64,000 nt of DNA from Nannocystis pusilla. Its GTDB lineage: Bacteria; Myxococcota_A; Polyangia; Nannocystales; Nannocystaceae. Made by a program: the position numbers and the translations under genes. Below are positions 1-10,354 of the stretch, in pieces. The notes below the pieces were generated by a model. That model was not told the DNA's origin, ran no database searches, and saw nothing but the letters and a program-made list of their open reading frames with translations. Location of the stretch: the NCBI RefSeq assembly GCF_026626665.1, contig NZ_JAPNKE010000002.1, positions 3,757,168 through 3,821,167 on the forward strand, in the 5' to 3' direction. Each line of letters opens with the position of its first letter. The first letter of the stretch is position 1.

Positions 1-123
1 TCGAGCACCATCGCCTGGTCGTCGACGAGAATCACTCGCGGTCGCATGCAACCATCCTTGAACACCGTACCCGATCGATCATGAAGTTCAAGCACGTGCC
101 CGCTCCTCGTGAGACATGGGGCC

Positions 124-741
124 TCAGCGACCCGGAAGCAACCCGTGTTCGACCGCGTAGCGCGTCAGCTCGGCGACGGTGCGCAGGCCCAGCACTCGCA
201 TGAGTCGCGCCTTGTGAAACTCGACCGTCTTGCGCGAGATGCCGAGGATGTCGCCGATCTCGCGAGCCGGTCGGCCCTCCGCGACCAGCTGCAGCACCTC
301 GCGCTGGCGCGTCGACAACTCGCCCCCCGCCAGCCCCTCTTCGAGCGCGCCGGGCCGCGGGTCGTAGACCAGCCCCGGCGACACGAACGTGCCGCCGGCC
401 AGCACCCGACGCACTGCCAGCACCAGCTCCGACGACGCGGCCGTCTTCACCACGTAGCCGTGGGCCCCGGCGCGAAACGCCTCCTGCACGTAATCCGGCT
501 CGGCGTGGACGGTGACGAAGATGATCCGCCCCCGCGGACACACTCGCTGCAGCTGACGCGCCGCGTCGAAGCCGTTGAGCAGCGGCATCGTCACGTCGAC
601 GAGCACCACGTCGGGTTGACATTGTTCGGCCGCGGTGACGAGCGCGCGGCCGTCGGCCACCGCCCCCACGATCTCGAGCTCGGCCGCCAGCAAGCGCATC
701 AGGCCCTCGCGGACCAGGGTGTGGTCGTCGGCCAACAACAC
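124..741 (-). CDS. NarL/FixJ-family two-component response regulator (REC + LuxR-type HTH)
   Basis: Track ORF 124..870. The REC motif RVLLADDH opens the domain, followed by the C-terminal LuxR HTH (REIGDILGISRKTVEFHKARLMRVLG). A GTG 43 codons into the track ORF gives a typical ~206-aa protein. Confidence 0.8.
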   Translation of the reverse strand: MLLADDHTLVREGLMRLLAAELEIVGAVADGRALVTAAEQCQPDVVLVDVTMPLLNGFDAARQLQRVCPRGRIIFVTVHAEPDYVQEAFRAGAHGYVVKTAASSELVLAVRRVLAGGTFVSPGLVYDPRPGALEEGLAGGELSTRQREVLQLVAEGRPAREIGDILGISRKTVEFHKARLMRVLGLRTVAELTRYAVEHGLLPGR

Positions 742-909
742 CCGCGGACGCGCCCGTGAGGGCGATATGTCCGCGCCGACCTCCGCCTGACTGGATGCGT
801 CCTCGTTCACCCCAGCTCCGAAGGCGTCGCTGGCCCGGACGTTAACAAACACCTCGATCTCGTTCAGCACGGAAAAACCCCTGACATCGAGCTCGCTTCG
901 TGGACTGGC

Positions 910-1263
910 TCAGTGGCGCCGCTCGTCGCGCGGATCGCCCGCCCGGCAGACGAGGGACGCACTGCAGTTCCTGGCAGGATCCGACGCGTCCTCGCCGTCG
1001 GACTCGGCGCGGACGACCCTCGATCGTTCGAGGAGTCCGCATGCACCGGGGCGATGATAGCCGCCGAACGTCGCGACGCTCGCGACGCCGACCCGGTCCC
1101 CGGTGTGCTCGACGTCGACGAACTCACCCGCCTCGTCCGACTTCGAGCCGCCCCCGAACTCGTCGACGCCGCAAATGCGCGCCCCGCCGCAAGCGCCGCC
1201 TGGAGTGAGCACAAAGGTGATGTCGCCGCCCACGCTCGCGCTCGACGATCTCGGCCCATCCAT
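910..1263 (-). CDS. hypothetical small Gly-rich protein
   Basis: Track ORF of 117 aa with high GC3 over its first ~70 codons. No recognisable family; overlapping ORFs in other frames look like noise. Confidence 0.25.
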   Translation of the reverse strand: MDGPRSSSASVGGDITFVLTPGGACGGARICGVDEFGGGSKSDEAGEFVDVEHTGDRVGVASVATFGGYHRPGACGLLERSRVVRAESDGEDASDPARNCSASLVCRAGDPRDERRH

Positions 1264-1809
1264 GGAGGAGGCGCCCGAATCGCGGGACTCGCGATCGCCC
1301 GCCGCGACGACCGCGCCCCCGAGGGATTTTCCAGGGGGACCCTGCCGTGCGGACTCGACAGGGAGCGCTGCGGCGCGCGGGCCGAATGGACATTCGCGCC
1401 GCGAGCCCCCCGCGGGCCTTGCGCCGATTTTCCCGGCTCGTGCTCGCTTCCTGCGGACTCGGGGCCTGTAGGGCAGTAGCGAATTCGCGCATCGTCGTCC
1501 GGCCTACCTTGGTCGGATCGGTCGGGGCGGCAACCGCTCGGTGCCGTGCGAAAGGGGAATGGGCGGCGCCTTCCCCGGCGGAGGCCGACCTTGAGCAATT
1601 CATCACAGCCCTCGTTTTCCGGGGTTCTTCCCAGACGGGGCGCGATTCGCGGCTGGCGAGGCGAGCGCACCGACGCCCGCCGCTCGAGCGCGCCGCGGAC
1701 CCATTGCCCCGAGTGCCTCGCCGGCCCGCGTCGATGAAATCACGCCGCCTTGCATCCCGCGCGCCCTCTCCCAAGATTCCGCCGCAGTCGTCGGCCTCGC
1801 GAGCTCTCG

Positions 1810-2345
1810 GGACTATGCATACCCGCTGCGGAGCAGGCAGGCACAGGCCGACGACTGCGAGCGACGAACCGCCGCGAGCCCACCGCAGACCTCGGCCGCG
1901 AGACGATGCAGTCGCTTCATGGAAGTCACACCGGAATAGCGACGGCTACCCGGGGCCCACATCCCCTGCGGAGCGAGCCGGCGACGGCCCGCCCGCGAGT
2001 CCACCGCAGACCTCGGCCGCGAGGCGATGCCCACATCCCCTGCGGAGCGAGCCGGCGAAGGCCGGCCCGCGAGTCCACCGCAGACCTCGGCCGCGAGGCG
2101 ATGCCCATATTTCCTGCGGAGCGAGCCGGCGAAGGCCCGCGAGCCCCCGCTGCGACGGAACCACGCGCACCGCTGCAGAGCGAGCCGCCGCAGGCCGACG
2201 ACTGCCGGCAAGGAGCCGTCCCCCGACGCGGCAGCACGATTCTCACGCCTCACGCGATCGTGCACGGACCCGCTGCGAGCGAGCGGCCGACGACCGACGA
2301 TTGCGAGCGACGAGTCGCCGCGGCCGGCCGACCTCGACCTGCTCG
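1810..2345. repeat. degenerate tandem repeat array, unit ~74 bp (core ...CTGCGGAGCGAGCCGGCG...CCACCGCAGACCTCGGCCGCGAGGCGATGC)
   Basis: Direct reading shows 5-6 head-to-tail copies. The two central copies are near-identical and the outer copies diverge progressively. The region is intergenic and is covered by many short ORFs in all frames. Confidence 0.7.
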
Positions 2346-2647
2346 AAAGACCAGGTGAGAGCCCACCGCTCCCGACGCGCCGCCATGAAAAACGCGGAAC
2401 TTCGATCGCCGTCCGCCGAGATCCGAGCACCCCTGCGCTCCTCCTCGCCGCCGCGAAGCGCCGAGCCGAGCCCGGAAAACCCCCAGTCCCCGGCTCCCCC
2501 CACCGCCCATCGGACCCATTATCAAACTGTCCCAAAGTACAGGCGCTCCTCGATCGCGCCTCGCGCATCACCGACGGCCGCGACCCGAAGAGCCATTCCG
2601 CCGGCGCTCGCACATGCGTCTCGCCGCAATCTCGCCGCAGACGAACA

Positions 2648-3598
2648 ATGATTCGTCCGACCCGCGACTTGCGACCTCCCGCGCTCCCGGACACGCTGGT
2701 CTTCAGCGCCGTCATGACCCCCGCCCGCTCCCCGGCTGTTTCTCCGCGCGCGCTGGCACCGGCGGGACGGGACCGTCCCCTCGACGCGCTGCCCGTCTCG
2801 CGCCTCCCGTCCACCAGCCCGGCCGTCCGCTGCTTCGAGCTGCGCGCCGACCTGTGGCGCGCGCTGCTCGGTCAGCCCGCAGCGCTCGCCTCGATCGCCG
2901 AGCTCGCGCACCGGGCCCTGCACCCCGAACTGCGCCCCGACGGCCCCCTGCGGCGCCTCGAAGCCGCCGCCCGGGACCTCGGCCGCAACGACGACCTCGG
3001 CGCGCGCCTGGCCTACGAAGCCGCGCGTCGGGCCGCCTCCGAGGCGCTGGGGCCCGCCGATCCCGACCGCTGTGTGGTCCGCCGCCTCGTCGGCGACATC
3101 CTCGCCCGTCGCTCGGTCCCTGTCGCCGAGCCCACCCTCGGCCGCTGGTGCGACATCCTGGAGCGGCGCCAGGCGGCCCTGGACGCCGCCCTGAACCTCC
3201 TGCGCGCCCGCGACGAGCAGATCGGCCGCCTCGTCCGCGCCCTGCGGCCGCCCGGGCGCGGCTGCGCCGAGCTGGTCGTCGCCGCTAGCCAGGGGCTGCA
3301 GTGGGCCGTGGGGCGCTACGATCCCCGCCGCGGCGTCCGCTTCGACCGCTTCGCCGAGTGGTGGATCCGGCACATGATCCGCCGCCACCTCGCGCCGCCG
3401 CCGGCGCCCGGCCCTCGCCCGCGAGCCGAACTCCGCAGCACCTGCGCGCAATTCACCACCCTCCACGGACGGCCCCCGACCGAGGAGGAACTGATGGCAT
3501 TGACGGGCGAACCGCTGGAGCAGGTCCGCCTTGCCCGGGCGCTCGACTCGCACCATCGCTACGCCCGCGACAGAGACATCGACCCCGCGCCCCCATGA
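2648..3598 (+). CDS. sigma-70 family-like protein with regions 2 and 3 only (no region 4)
   Basis: The C-terminal half holds a canonical sigma-70 region 2 motif (GRYDPRRGVRFDRFAEWWIRHMIRRHL) and a region-3-like segment. The ORF stops before any region 4 HTH. An ATG (MIRPTRDL) lies 207 codons into track ORF 2027..3598. Confidence 0.55.
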   Translation: MIRPTRDLRPPALPDTLVFSAVMTPARSPAVSPRALAPAGRDRPLDALPVSRLPSTSPAVRCFELRADLWRALLGQPAALASIAELAHRALHPELRPDGPLRRLEAAARDLGRNDDLGARLAYEAARRAASEALGPADPDRCVVRRLVGDILARRSVPVAEPTLGRWCDILERRQAALDAALNLLRARDEQIGRLVRALRPPGRGCAELVVAASQGLQWAVGRYDPRRGVRFDRFAEWWIRHMIRRHLAPPPAPGPRPRAELRSTCAQFTTLHGRPPTEEELMALTGEPLEQVRLARALDSHHRYARDRDIDPAPP

Positions 3599-4154
3599 CG
3601 CCGCCACCGGTCGTGCCATCGGGACGCGCACGAGAAAGGAACCGACCATGCGCTCCCTTCGAACCTCCCCCTCCGGCTCGGCCTCGCCAGCCTGATCGCG
3701 CTCGCGGCCTGCGGCGACCGCACCAAAGAGCCTCCGCCGGCCAGCCGCAATCAACCGCCGGGGGCCCGGCGCCGACCGACACCCGCACCAACCCTCATCC
3801 CACGGCCCAGCCCGCGAACAGCGGCACCCCCGGGCCCTCCGCCGGCGCCGCCAACCCGAGCAACGTCCACACCCCCGATCCCGGCCACGAGCCGCCCGGC
3901 GGGGCCCGGGCGCCGCCTCGCCCGACAAGCCCGCCGGCGAGCCCGCCCCGACCCCGAGCCAGCCCCATTAGCAGCCCGCCGTTCGCGGGCCCACGCGGCC
4001 GGCCCACGCCTGAGCGCGTCGGCCGGCCGAGTCGCGACACGCGAGCGCCGCAGCGCGAGCACCCTCGTCGGCACGCCGCGCGGCCTCGCCGTCTGCGACG
4101 AATCACGGCCCGGCGGCCCCCGCATTCTCATCGCCGCCCCTGATGCCGGGCTCG

Positions 4155-4530
4155 GACGTATCACCGGTCTCCGCCCCGCACTTCGGTGGGACGCGCATTC
4201 TCGTCACCGCCCCCACGCCGCCCCCGCGATCGGACGAATCGCCGGTCTCCACCCCGCACTTCGGGTGGGACGCGCATTCTCGTCACCGTCCCCACGCCAC
4301 CCCCGCGATCGGACGAATCGCCGGTCTCCACCCCGCACTTCGGGTGAGACGCGCATTCTCGTCACCGTCCCCACGCCACCCCCGCGATCGGACGAATCGC
4401 CGGTCTCCACCCCGCACTTCGGGTGAGACGCGTATTCTCGTCACCGTCCCCACGCCACCCCCGCGATCGGACGAATCGCCGGTCTCCGCTTCGAGTTTGG
4501 CGGGACGCGCATTCATATCACCGGCAGCCG
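4155..4530. repeat. tandem repeat array, 81-bp unit x ~4.5 copies, ~95% identity
   Basis: The unit GAATCGCCGGTCTCCACCCCGCACTTCGGGTGAGACGCGCATTCTCGTCACCGTCCCCACGCCACCCCCGCGATCGGAC repeats head-to-tail. Each unit contains a short imperfect hairpin (CACCCCGCACTTCGGGTG). Confidence 0.85.
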
Positions 4531-4951
4531 AATCACCGCCCGGAGGCTGCAGCCCGACGCTTTGCCCCCTCGCCTCGCGCCCCTCCTTGGCCGCGCGCGA
4601 CCTTCGGCGCACCTCCGGCGATCGCTGCAGTGGACCACCGCGAGGAGCCGACGCGGCAGCGGCCATTCGTCTCCGTCGTCTCTATCTTAAAAGCCAATGG
4701 ATTGTCCGAGGTCGCGTCCTGCGCGCGAAGCTCGACCGTGCTCGCAGTGACCTTCGTCGTCGCGCTCGCAGCGGCGGGCTCTTCCGGCTCGCTTCGCCGC
4801 GGCTTGGTCCCATCGAGCGATCGACCGCCGCTGCGCGCGACCGCGTCGTCGTTCGGTCGCCGTCTCTTGCCCATGCAACAAATCCGCGCACCCTCGTTCC
4901 AGGCCGCCGGGTCGGCATCGCCGAGCTCGGGGCGGCCGGAGGAGCGTCATC

Positions 4952-5462
4952 ATGGCCTCGATCTTCCAGCACCTGCGCGAGGAGCACGAGCGGCTCCGGC
5001 GCTCGATCGTCCGCCTCCGCGGCGTCGAGCCCGGGGCGGACCGACTGCAGCCCTTCAACCAGCTGCGCCGCCAGTACGTCGCCTACGCGCGCCGCCGCCG
5101 GCGTCCTCTACAGCTACCTGATCCACGTCAAGACCACCCAGCAGCGGGCCCTCCAGGGCCTCGAAGAGCACAAGCGCCTCGAAGTGCGCCTCCTCGACGC
5201 CGAGCGCGCCCTCGCCGACGACGACCATTGGCGCCCCACGATCGCCTCGCTGTGCGAGGAGCTGGCCCGGCACCTGCACGACGAGGAGCGCAGCCTCTTC
5301 TCGACGGCGAGGGTCGCGCTCAGCGATCGCGAGGCCACCGGCCTCGGCGCCTGCTTCGCGGCCGAGCGCGCCCGCTTGCACGGCGATCTCAGCAACCTGA
5401 CCGGCGGCCCCTCCGAGCCCCTCGCATCCGCGACCGGGACCGGACGACTGCCGATCCAATGA
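4952..5462 (+). CDS. hemerythrin HHE cation-binding domain protein (apparent 1-nt frameshift ~5095)
   Basis: N-terminus MASIFQHLREEHERLRRSI... lies in the frame of ORF 4952. It continues ...VLYSYLIHVKTTQQRALQGLEEHKRLEV...HLHDEERSLFSTAR in the frame of ORF 4143..5462. The break falls in a GCCGCCGCCGG run. Confidence 0.6.
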
Positions 5463-5485
5463 CCCCAGCCCCGAGGAACACGACC

Positions 5486-6027
5486 ATGCCCAAGACCAAA
5501 TCCGGGACCCAGCCCGAGACCCAGCCCGAGATCTACGCCATCCTGAAGCGCGAACACGAGGAAGTGAGCGAGCTGCTGCACCAGCTCAAGGAGGCCAAGG
5601 GCAACGCCGCCCAGAGCTGTTCGCCGAGGTCCAGCTCAAGCTCGTGCCGCACTCGCGCGGCGAGGAGTCGACCGTCTATTCGCGGCTGCTGAACGAGAAG
5701 AGCGCCTCGGAGAAGATCCGCGTCAGCATCGAGGAGCACCGGCAGGTCGACGTCCTGCTCGAGGAGCTGGCCGACATGTCCCCGCGCGACGAGGAGTGGT
5801 CGGCGAAGGTCCACGTGCTCGCCGACATGGTCGGCCACCACGTCGACGAGGAGGAGGGCGAGCTGTTCCCGATGGCTCGCGCAGTGCTCTCCGCCCGCGA
5901 GGCCGCCCAGATCGCCGCGGAGTACGAGCAAGCCCGCGACGAGGCCATGCAAGCCATGATCGGCGAGTTCGAAGAGGCCGAAGAAGTCGAAGAAGTCGAA
6001 GGGGAGGAAGAGCGCGGCGCCGCATGA
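5486..6027 (+). CDS. hemerythrin HHE domain protein with acidic C-terminal tail (apparent 1-nt frameshift ~5613)
   Basis: N-terminus MPKTKSG...IYAILKREHEEVSELLHQLKE. Restoring one base gives ...AAQELFAEVQLKLVPHSRGEESTVYSRLL, which joins to ORF 5644..6027 (HRQVDVLLEEL...HHVDEEEGELFP). Confidence 0.6.
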
Positions 6028-6171
6028 CCGCGAGCGCTTGACCGCGCTCGCCCGACTCCCGCGCGGGCCCTCGCCACGAGCCCGCCGAGCCCTGCCGGGC
6101 GAGTCCTCGGCGGGGTGAACCTGTCCCCAAAGCCATTGACGACAGTCCGCGACCACGCGGACCCCGGTTGC

Positions 6172-6525
6172 TCACTCCCCGAACACGCACGACAGCCCGT
6201 CGCGCGACAGCAGCTCGCGCGACACCGATTGACCGGTCATCCACGTCAGCGTGACCGCGGCCACGCGCTCGTACGACCCGTCCTGCCACGGCCGCAGATC
6301 GGCTCCGTCGCGGTCGCGCGTCTCCACCGAGTACGTCGGCGCCCAGCCGGAATGGAACCAGTGATTCGCCCGGCACAGCGCCTCCGTCTCTTCCGTCGCC
6401 GTGCTGGCCGCCGCGATCGAGCGCGCCAGCAGAGCCACCACCGCGTACGGGTAGACGAAGTACGCCCCCGCCACGAGCCCGACGACGATGGCGATCACGA
6501 GCTTGCGGGCGCGCGGACGAGCCAT
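6172..6525 (-). CDS. hypothetical membrane-anchored protein
   Basis: MARPRARKLVIAIVVGLVAGAYFVYPYAVVALLA forms an N-terminal TM helix. GC3 is good. The ATG is the 23rd codon of track ORF 6172..6591. Confidence 0.5.
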   Translation of the reverse strand: MARPRARKLVIAIVVGLVAGAYFVYPYAVVALLARSIAAASTATEETEALCRANHWFHSGWAPTYSVETRDRDGADLRPWQDGSYERVAAVTLTWMTGQSVSRELLSRDGLSCVFGE

Positions 6526-6946
6526 GGGCGTCCAGTCTAGCACTGCGCCGCCGCGGCCTGGTGGTGCGCACGCCACTCGGCCGCGACGCACCAGCTCGCG
6601 TCCTCGTCACGGTGCCGTCTCGTCCGTGGAGCCGCGCCAGGGCCCGAGCGTGATACCCTGCCCGTCATGCTGATGACGGTGTCCTGCTCGCGCTGGTCCG
6701 ACGTCGACCCCGCCCGGCACGAGTTCGATCTCGAGCCGGCGCGGCGGATCGTCGGGCGCCTCTCGCCCGCCTGACCGCGGCAAGACCACGAATCACCGCA
6801 CCACCGCATTGCATGCGGTGCCCTCGATCGTCGCTACCCGCGAATGGGCCGAGACCGGCGCTCCAAAATGCGCGCGGACGATCGACGGATCGGTCGCATA
6901 TTTGACCTAGCAACATCGTCGATCGCGGCGGGTTATACGCCTCGTC

Positions 6947-8796
6947 ATGAACTGGACTCCTCTGCTGCTCCTCTCCCCTGTCGTGCTCGCTGCCTGTCCA
7001 GGCGGGTCGGTGGCGTCGACCGACACCGATCCGGCCGACACCAGCGGTCCGACGACCACGACTGTCGCCACCGATCCGTCGCCCCCGCCCACGACCACCG
7101 GCCCGGCCACCGAGACCGGCCCCGATCCCACCACCACGACGACGGGCGAAAACACCACCGCGGTCGATCCCACCACCGGCGATCCCACCATCGATCCCAC
7201 GACCCTCGACACCACCACGCTCGACACCACCACCGAAACCACGTCCACCACGTCCACCACGTCCACCACGTCCACCACCGACACCACCGATGGCACCGAC
7301 ACCGGCGTCGTCGGCGAATGTGTCCCCGGGGACATCCAGAGCTGTTACGGCGGGCCCGACGGCACCCTCGACGTCGGCGAGTGCGTCGCCGGGCAGCAGG
7401 AGTGCGGCCGCGACGAGACCTGGGGCCCCTGCCTCGGCGAGGTCGTGCCCGCGCCCGACACCTGCGACGAGCCGGGCGACGAGAGCTGCGACGGCCTCGA
7501 CCCGTGCCAGGGCGACGGCGAGTTCGCCTGGGGGCTCACCTTCGGCGAGGCCGGCGACGACGAGGGCGCGCGGGTCGTCTTCGACGGCGCCGGCAACGTC
7601 GTCGTCGCCGCGTGGGGCAACGGCGACATCGACTTCGGCGACGGCCCGCTCGTCCACGCCGGCTACGACGTCTTCCTCGCCAAGTTCGCGCCCGACGGCG
7701 CCATCCTGTGGAGCCAGCGCTTCGGCGACGGCGACTACCAGGGCGGCCCGGAATACGGCCTCGCCATCGCCGACGACGGCGACATCGTGCTCAGCGGCAT
7801 CTTCAACGGCGACATCGACTTCGGCGGCGGCCCGCTGCAAAACCCCACGCTCAAGACCGGCCTCTTCCTCGCGCGCCTCGACGGCGACGGCCAGCACGTG
7901 TGGAGCAAGTCCTTCATCGCCGGCGAGGACGTGACCCCCCTCGATCTGGCGCTCGACGCCGGCGGCAACATCCTGCTCACCGGCGCCTTCTACGGCACGC
8001 TCCCGCTCGGCGGCGCGCCGCTCGTCAGCGCCGGCGGCAACGACCTCTTCGTCGCCAAGTTCACCGGCGCCGGCGCCCACCTGTGGAGCCGCGGCTTCGG
8101 CGACCCCGAGTGGCAGGTCGGCATGGGCATCGCCCCCGACCCCGCGGGCAACATCTTCGTCAGCGGCGGCCTGCGCGGCAGCTTCGACCCCGGCACGGGC
8201 CCGCTCACCAGCGCCGGCTCCGAGGACATCTTCCTCATCAAGTTCGACCCGGCCGGCGCCACCCTGTGGGGCAAGCGCTGGGGCGACGCCGGCAGCCAGA
8301 ACGTCGGCAGCCTCGCGGTCGACAGCAAGGGCCGCGTCGCCCTCGCCGGCGGCACCAGCGGCGTCCTCGACTTCGGCGGCGGCCCGCTCCAGGGCAACAT
8401 CGTCGTCAGCTACCTCGCCCAGCTCGACGGCAACGGCGACCACCTGTGGAGCCGCGAGCTGTGCGAGGGCGGATCGATCGCCGAGAACGTCGCCGTCGAC
8501 GGCCTCGACAACCTCGTCACCATCGGCACCTTCCGCAACACCTGCGACCTCGGCAGCGGCCCCCTCACCGCCGTCGAGTACCGCGACGTGTTCGTCGCCA
8601 AGTTCAGCCCCGGCGGCCAGCCCGGGTGGAGCAAGCGCCTCGGCGGCCCGCAGGAGCAGTACGGGGCCCACGTCACCGCGTCCGCCGCCGGCTCCGTGGC
8701 CGCCGTCGGCAATTCTACAATGCCATCGACCTCGGCGAGGGCGCCCAGACCAGCCAGGGCGGCCGCGACGGCTTCGTCGTCGTCCTCGACCCGTAA
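6947..8796 (+). CDS. lipoprotein with Thr/Pro-rich linker, Cys-rich module and SBBP-type beta-propeller repeats (frameshift ~8712)
   Basis: Signal peptide plus lipobox (LAAC), then a long T/P-rich linker. Repeats of the form GxxxDxGxxVxxDxxGNxxxxG...DxFxAKFxxxGxxxWS match the SBBP beta-propeller repeat. The last ~30 aa (..NFYNAIDLGEGAQTSQGGRDGFVVVLDP) lie in the frame of ORF 6844..8796 after an AATT(T)CTAC homopolymer indel. Confidence 0.75.
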
Positions 8797-8800
8797 CCTC

Positions 8801-8965
8801 GAGAACATGCCTCATGGGACATGCCCGTTCAGCCATCGCCGGCGCCGGGGCGCCCTGAACCAAGGAGCGAGCATGTCCCAAAGGCCATGCGGCCCCCTGC
8901 GGCCGCCGTCCTCGAGCCTCGTCGCCATGTCCGCACGAGCATGTCCTCAAGGACATGCTCCGAGG
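8801..8965. repeat. array of GGACATGTCC-family palindromic motifs (>=5 degenerate copies) between convergent gene ends
   Basis: The motifs GGGACATGCCC, GAGCATGTCCC and GAGCATGTCCTCAAGGACATGCTCCGAG are read directly. They lie between the 3' ends of 6947..8796(+) and 8985..10292(-). Confidence 0.7.
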
Positions 8966-8984
8966 GCCAGCCCGTGGCCCGCCG

Positions 8985-10292
8985 TCACCGACGGTGGATC
9001 GCCCCGCCCTTCATCACGAAGCGGACCTGCCGCAGCGCCCCGATCGAGCGCGTCGGGTCGCCCTCGACGGCGACCAGGTCGGCGAGCAGCCCGACCTTGA
9101 CCTGGCCGATGCTGTCGGCCAGGTGCAGCATCTTCGCGTTCACCGCCGTGGCCGCGCGCAGCGCCTGGACCGGCTTCATCCCGTAGTCGACCATCAGCTC
9201 GAGCTCGCGGACGTTGTCGCCGTGGCTGAACACCCCGACGTCGCTGCCGTTGCAGATCGGCACCCCCGCCTTGAGGGCCGCGCGGAAGGTGGCTCGCTTG
9301 TCGCGGATCGCCTGCGGCTCCGGGGCCGCGCCCTTCTTCCACCCGGCGTACTGCTGGATCGCGTCGGTCGCCGCCAGCGTCGGGCAGTAGTACACCCCGC
9401 GCTTGGCCATCAGTTTGAGAATTTCGGGCGTCCCGCCGTCGCCGTGCTCGATCGTCTCGGCCCCGGCCAGCACCGCGCGGCGCATCCCCTCGGGCGTGCT
9501 CGCGTGGACCACCACCGGCCGTCGACCGTCGCGCGCGGTCGCCACGATCCGCTCCATCTCCGCCTGCGAGAACGTCGGCAGCGCCTGGCCTCTCGGGCCC
9601 CACGAGTAATCGCCGTACACCTTGATCCAGTCGGCCCCGCGGGCGATCTGGCCGCGCACCACCCGGATCAGATCCTCGCCGTCGGCCTCCTCCGCGCCCT
9701 GCGGCACGTGCCACTCCGGCGCGAAGCCCTTCGGCGCGTACGTCCCGGTGGCGACGATCGCCCGCGTCGTCGTCAGCACCCGCGGCCCCGGGATGATGCC
9801 CTGCTGGATCGCCTGCTTGAGGCCGACGTCGGCCTCGGCCGCGCCCTCCGTGCCGAGGTCGCGCACCGTCGTGAAGCCGGCCAGCAGCGTCTCGCGGGCG
9901 TGGTTCGTCGCCCTCGCCACGCGCACCGTCAGCGGCTCGCGCAGCACCTGGTCGTTCCACGTCGTCTCGTCGTAGGGGTGCAGCAGCAGGTGCGAGTGCC
10001 CCTCGATGAGCCCCGGCAGCAGCGTCGTGTTCGGCAGCTCGACCACCTCGGCGTCGGCCGGCGCGCCGACCTGCGCCGCCGGCCCGACCGCGGCGATGCG
10101 CTCGCCGCGGACCAGCACCACCCAGCCCTCGCGCGGCTGCTCGCTCGCGCCCTCGAACACCCGCGCCGGGCGCAGCAGGTACGCCTTGGCGGGCGCCGGC
10201 GCCGGCGGCGGCGCGGCCGCGGCGAGGTCGGGCTGTCCCCAGAGACATGTGACTGCGAGCGCGAGGACGGCGAGGGCGGCGAGGCGGCGCAT
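8985..10292 (-). CDS. secreted metal-dependent amidohydrolase (imidazolonepropionase/Xaa-Pro-dipeptidase-like superfamily)
   Basis: Signal peptide [19 protein letters not shown]. Motifs [11 protein letters not shown] (HxH metal site) and ...HASTPEG...[12 protein letters not shown] fit the amidohydrolase fold. Start is codon 98 of the track ORF. Confidence 0.8.
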   Translation of the reverse strand: MRRLAALAVLALAVTCLWGQPDLAAAAPPPAPAPAKAYLLRPARVFEGASEQPREGWVVLVRGERIAAVGPAAQVGAPADAEVVELPNTTLLPGLIEGHSHLLLHPYDETTWNDQVLREPLTVRVARATNHARETLLAGFTTVRDLGTEGAAEADVGLKQAIQQGIIPGPRVLTTTRAIVATGTYAPKGFAPEWHVPQGAEEADGEDLIRVVRGQIARGADWIKVYGDYSWGPRGQALPTFSQAEMERIVATARDGRRPVVVHASTPEGMRRAVLAGAETIEHGDGGTPEILKLMAKRGVYYCPTLAATDAIQQYAGWKKGAAPEPQAIRDKRATFRAALKAGVPICNGSDVGVFSHGDNVRELELMVDYGMKPVQALRAATAVNAKMLHLADSIGQVKVGLLADLVAVEGDPTRSIGALRQVRFVMKGGAIHRR

Positions 10293-10354
10293 GACGGCCC
10301 GCGATCGTAGAACGATTGCCGCCCCCCGTCCATGTCCCGAGGGACAGCCGGCCC

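Noticed and set aside
900-1800. Several 100-270-aa ORFs on both strands between the response regulator and the first repeat array
   Set aside because: Except for a weak 117-aa candidate (910..1263 -), none shows a consistent codon bias or a recognisable motif. The region is treated as mostly non-coding or unresolved.
3301-4143. Pro/Arg-rich 280-aa ORF, and a possible lipoprotein start at ~3649 (MRSLRTSPSG / LGLASLIALAACGD)
   Set aside because: There is a signal-peptide-like lipobox in one frame, but the ATG is in another frame and the downstream sequence is pure Pro/Ala/Arg low complexity overlapping the 81-bp repeat region. It cannot be supported as a gene without a corrected sequence.
1810-4530. 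Possible CRISPR array suggested by the regularly spaced repeats
   Set aside because: Repeat units (74 and 81 bp) are contiguous head-to-tail with no unique spacers and are far longer than CRISPR repeats. No cas genes are nearby.
6665-8956. 763-aa minus-strand ORF antisense to the SBBP lipoprotein gene, and similar giant overlapping ORFs (11135..13300 -, 11335..14421 +, 15133..19842 +, 45067..47925 -, 45099..46814 +, 60498..62777 upstream part, 58974..61772 +)
   Set aside because: These are high-GC artefacts: stop codons are rare in all frames. Their translations are Arg/Ala/Gly/Pro-rich low complexity with poor GC3 periodicity, and they overlap genes with clear domain content on the other strand or frame.
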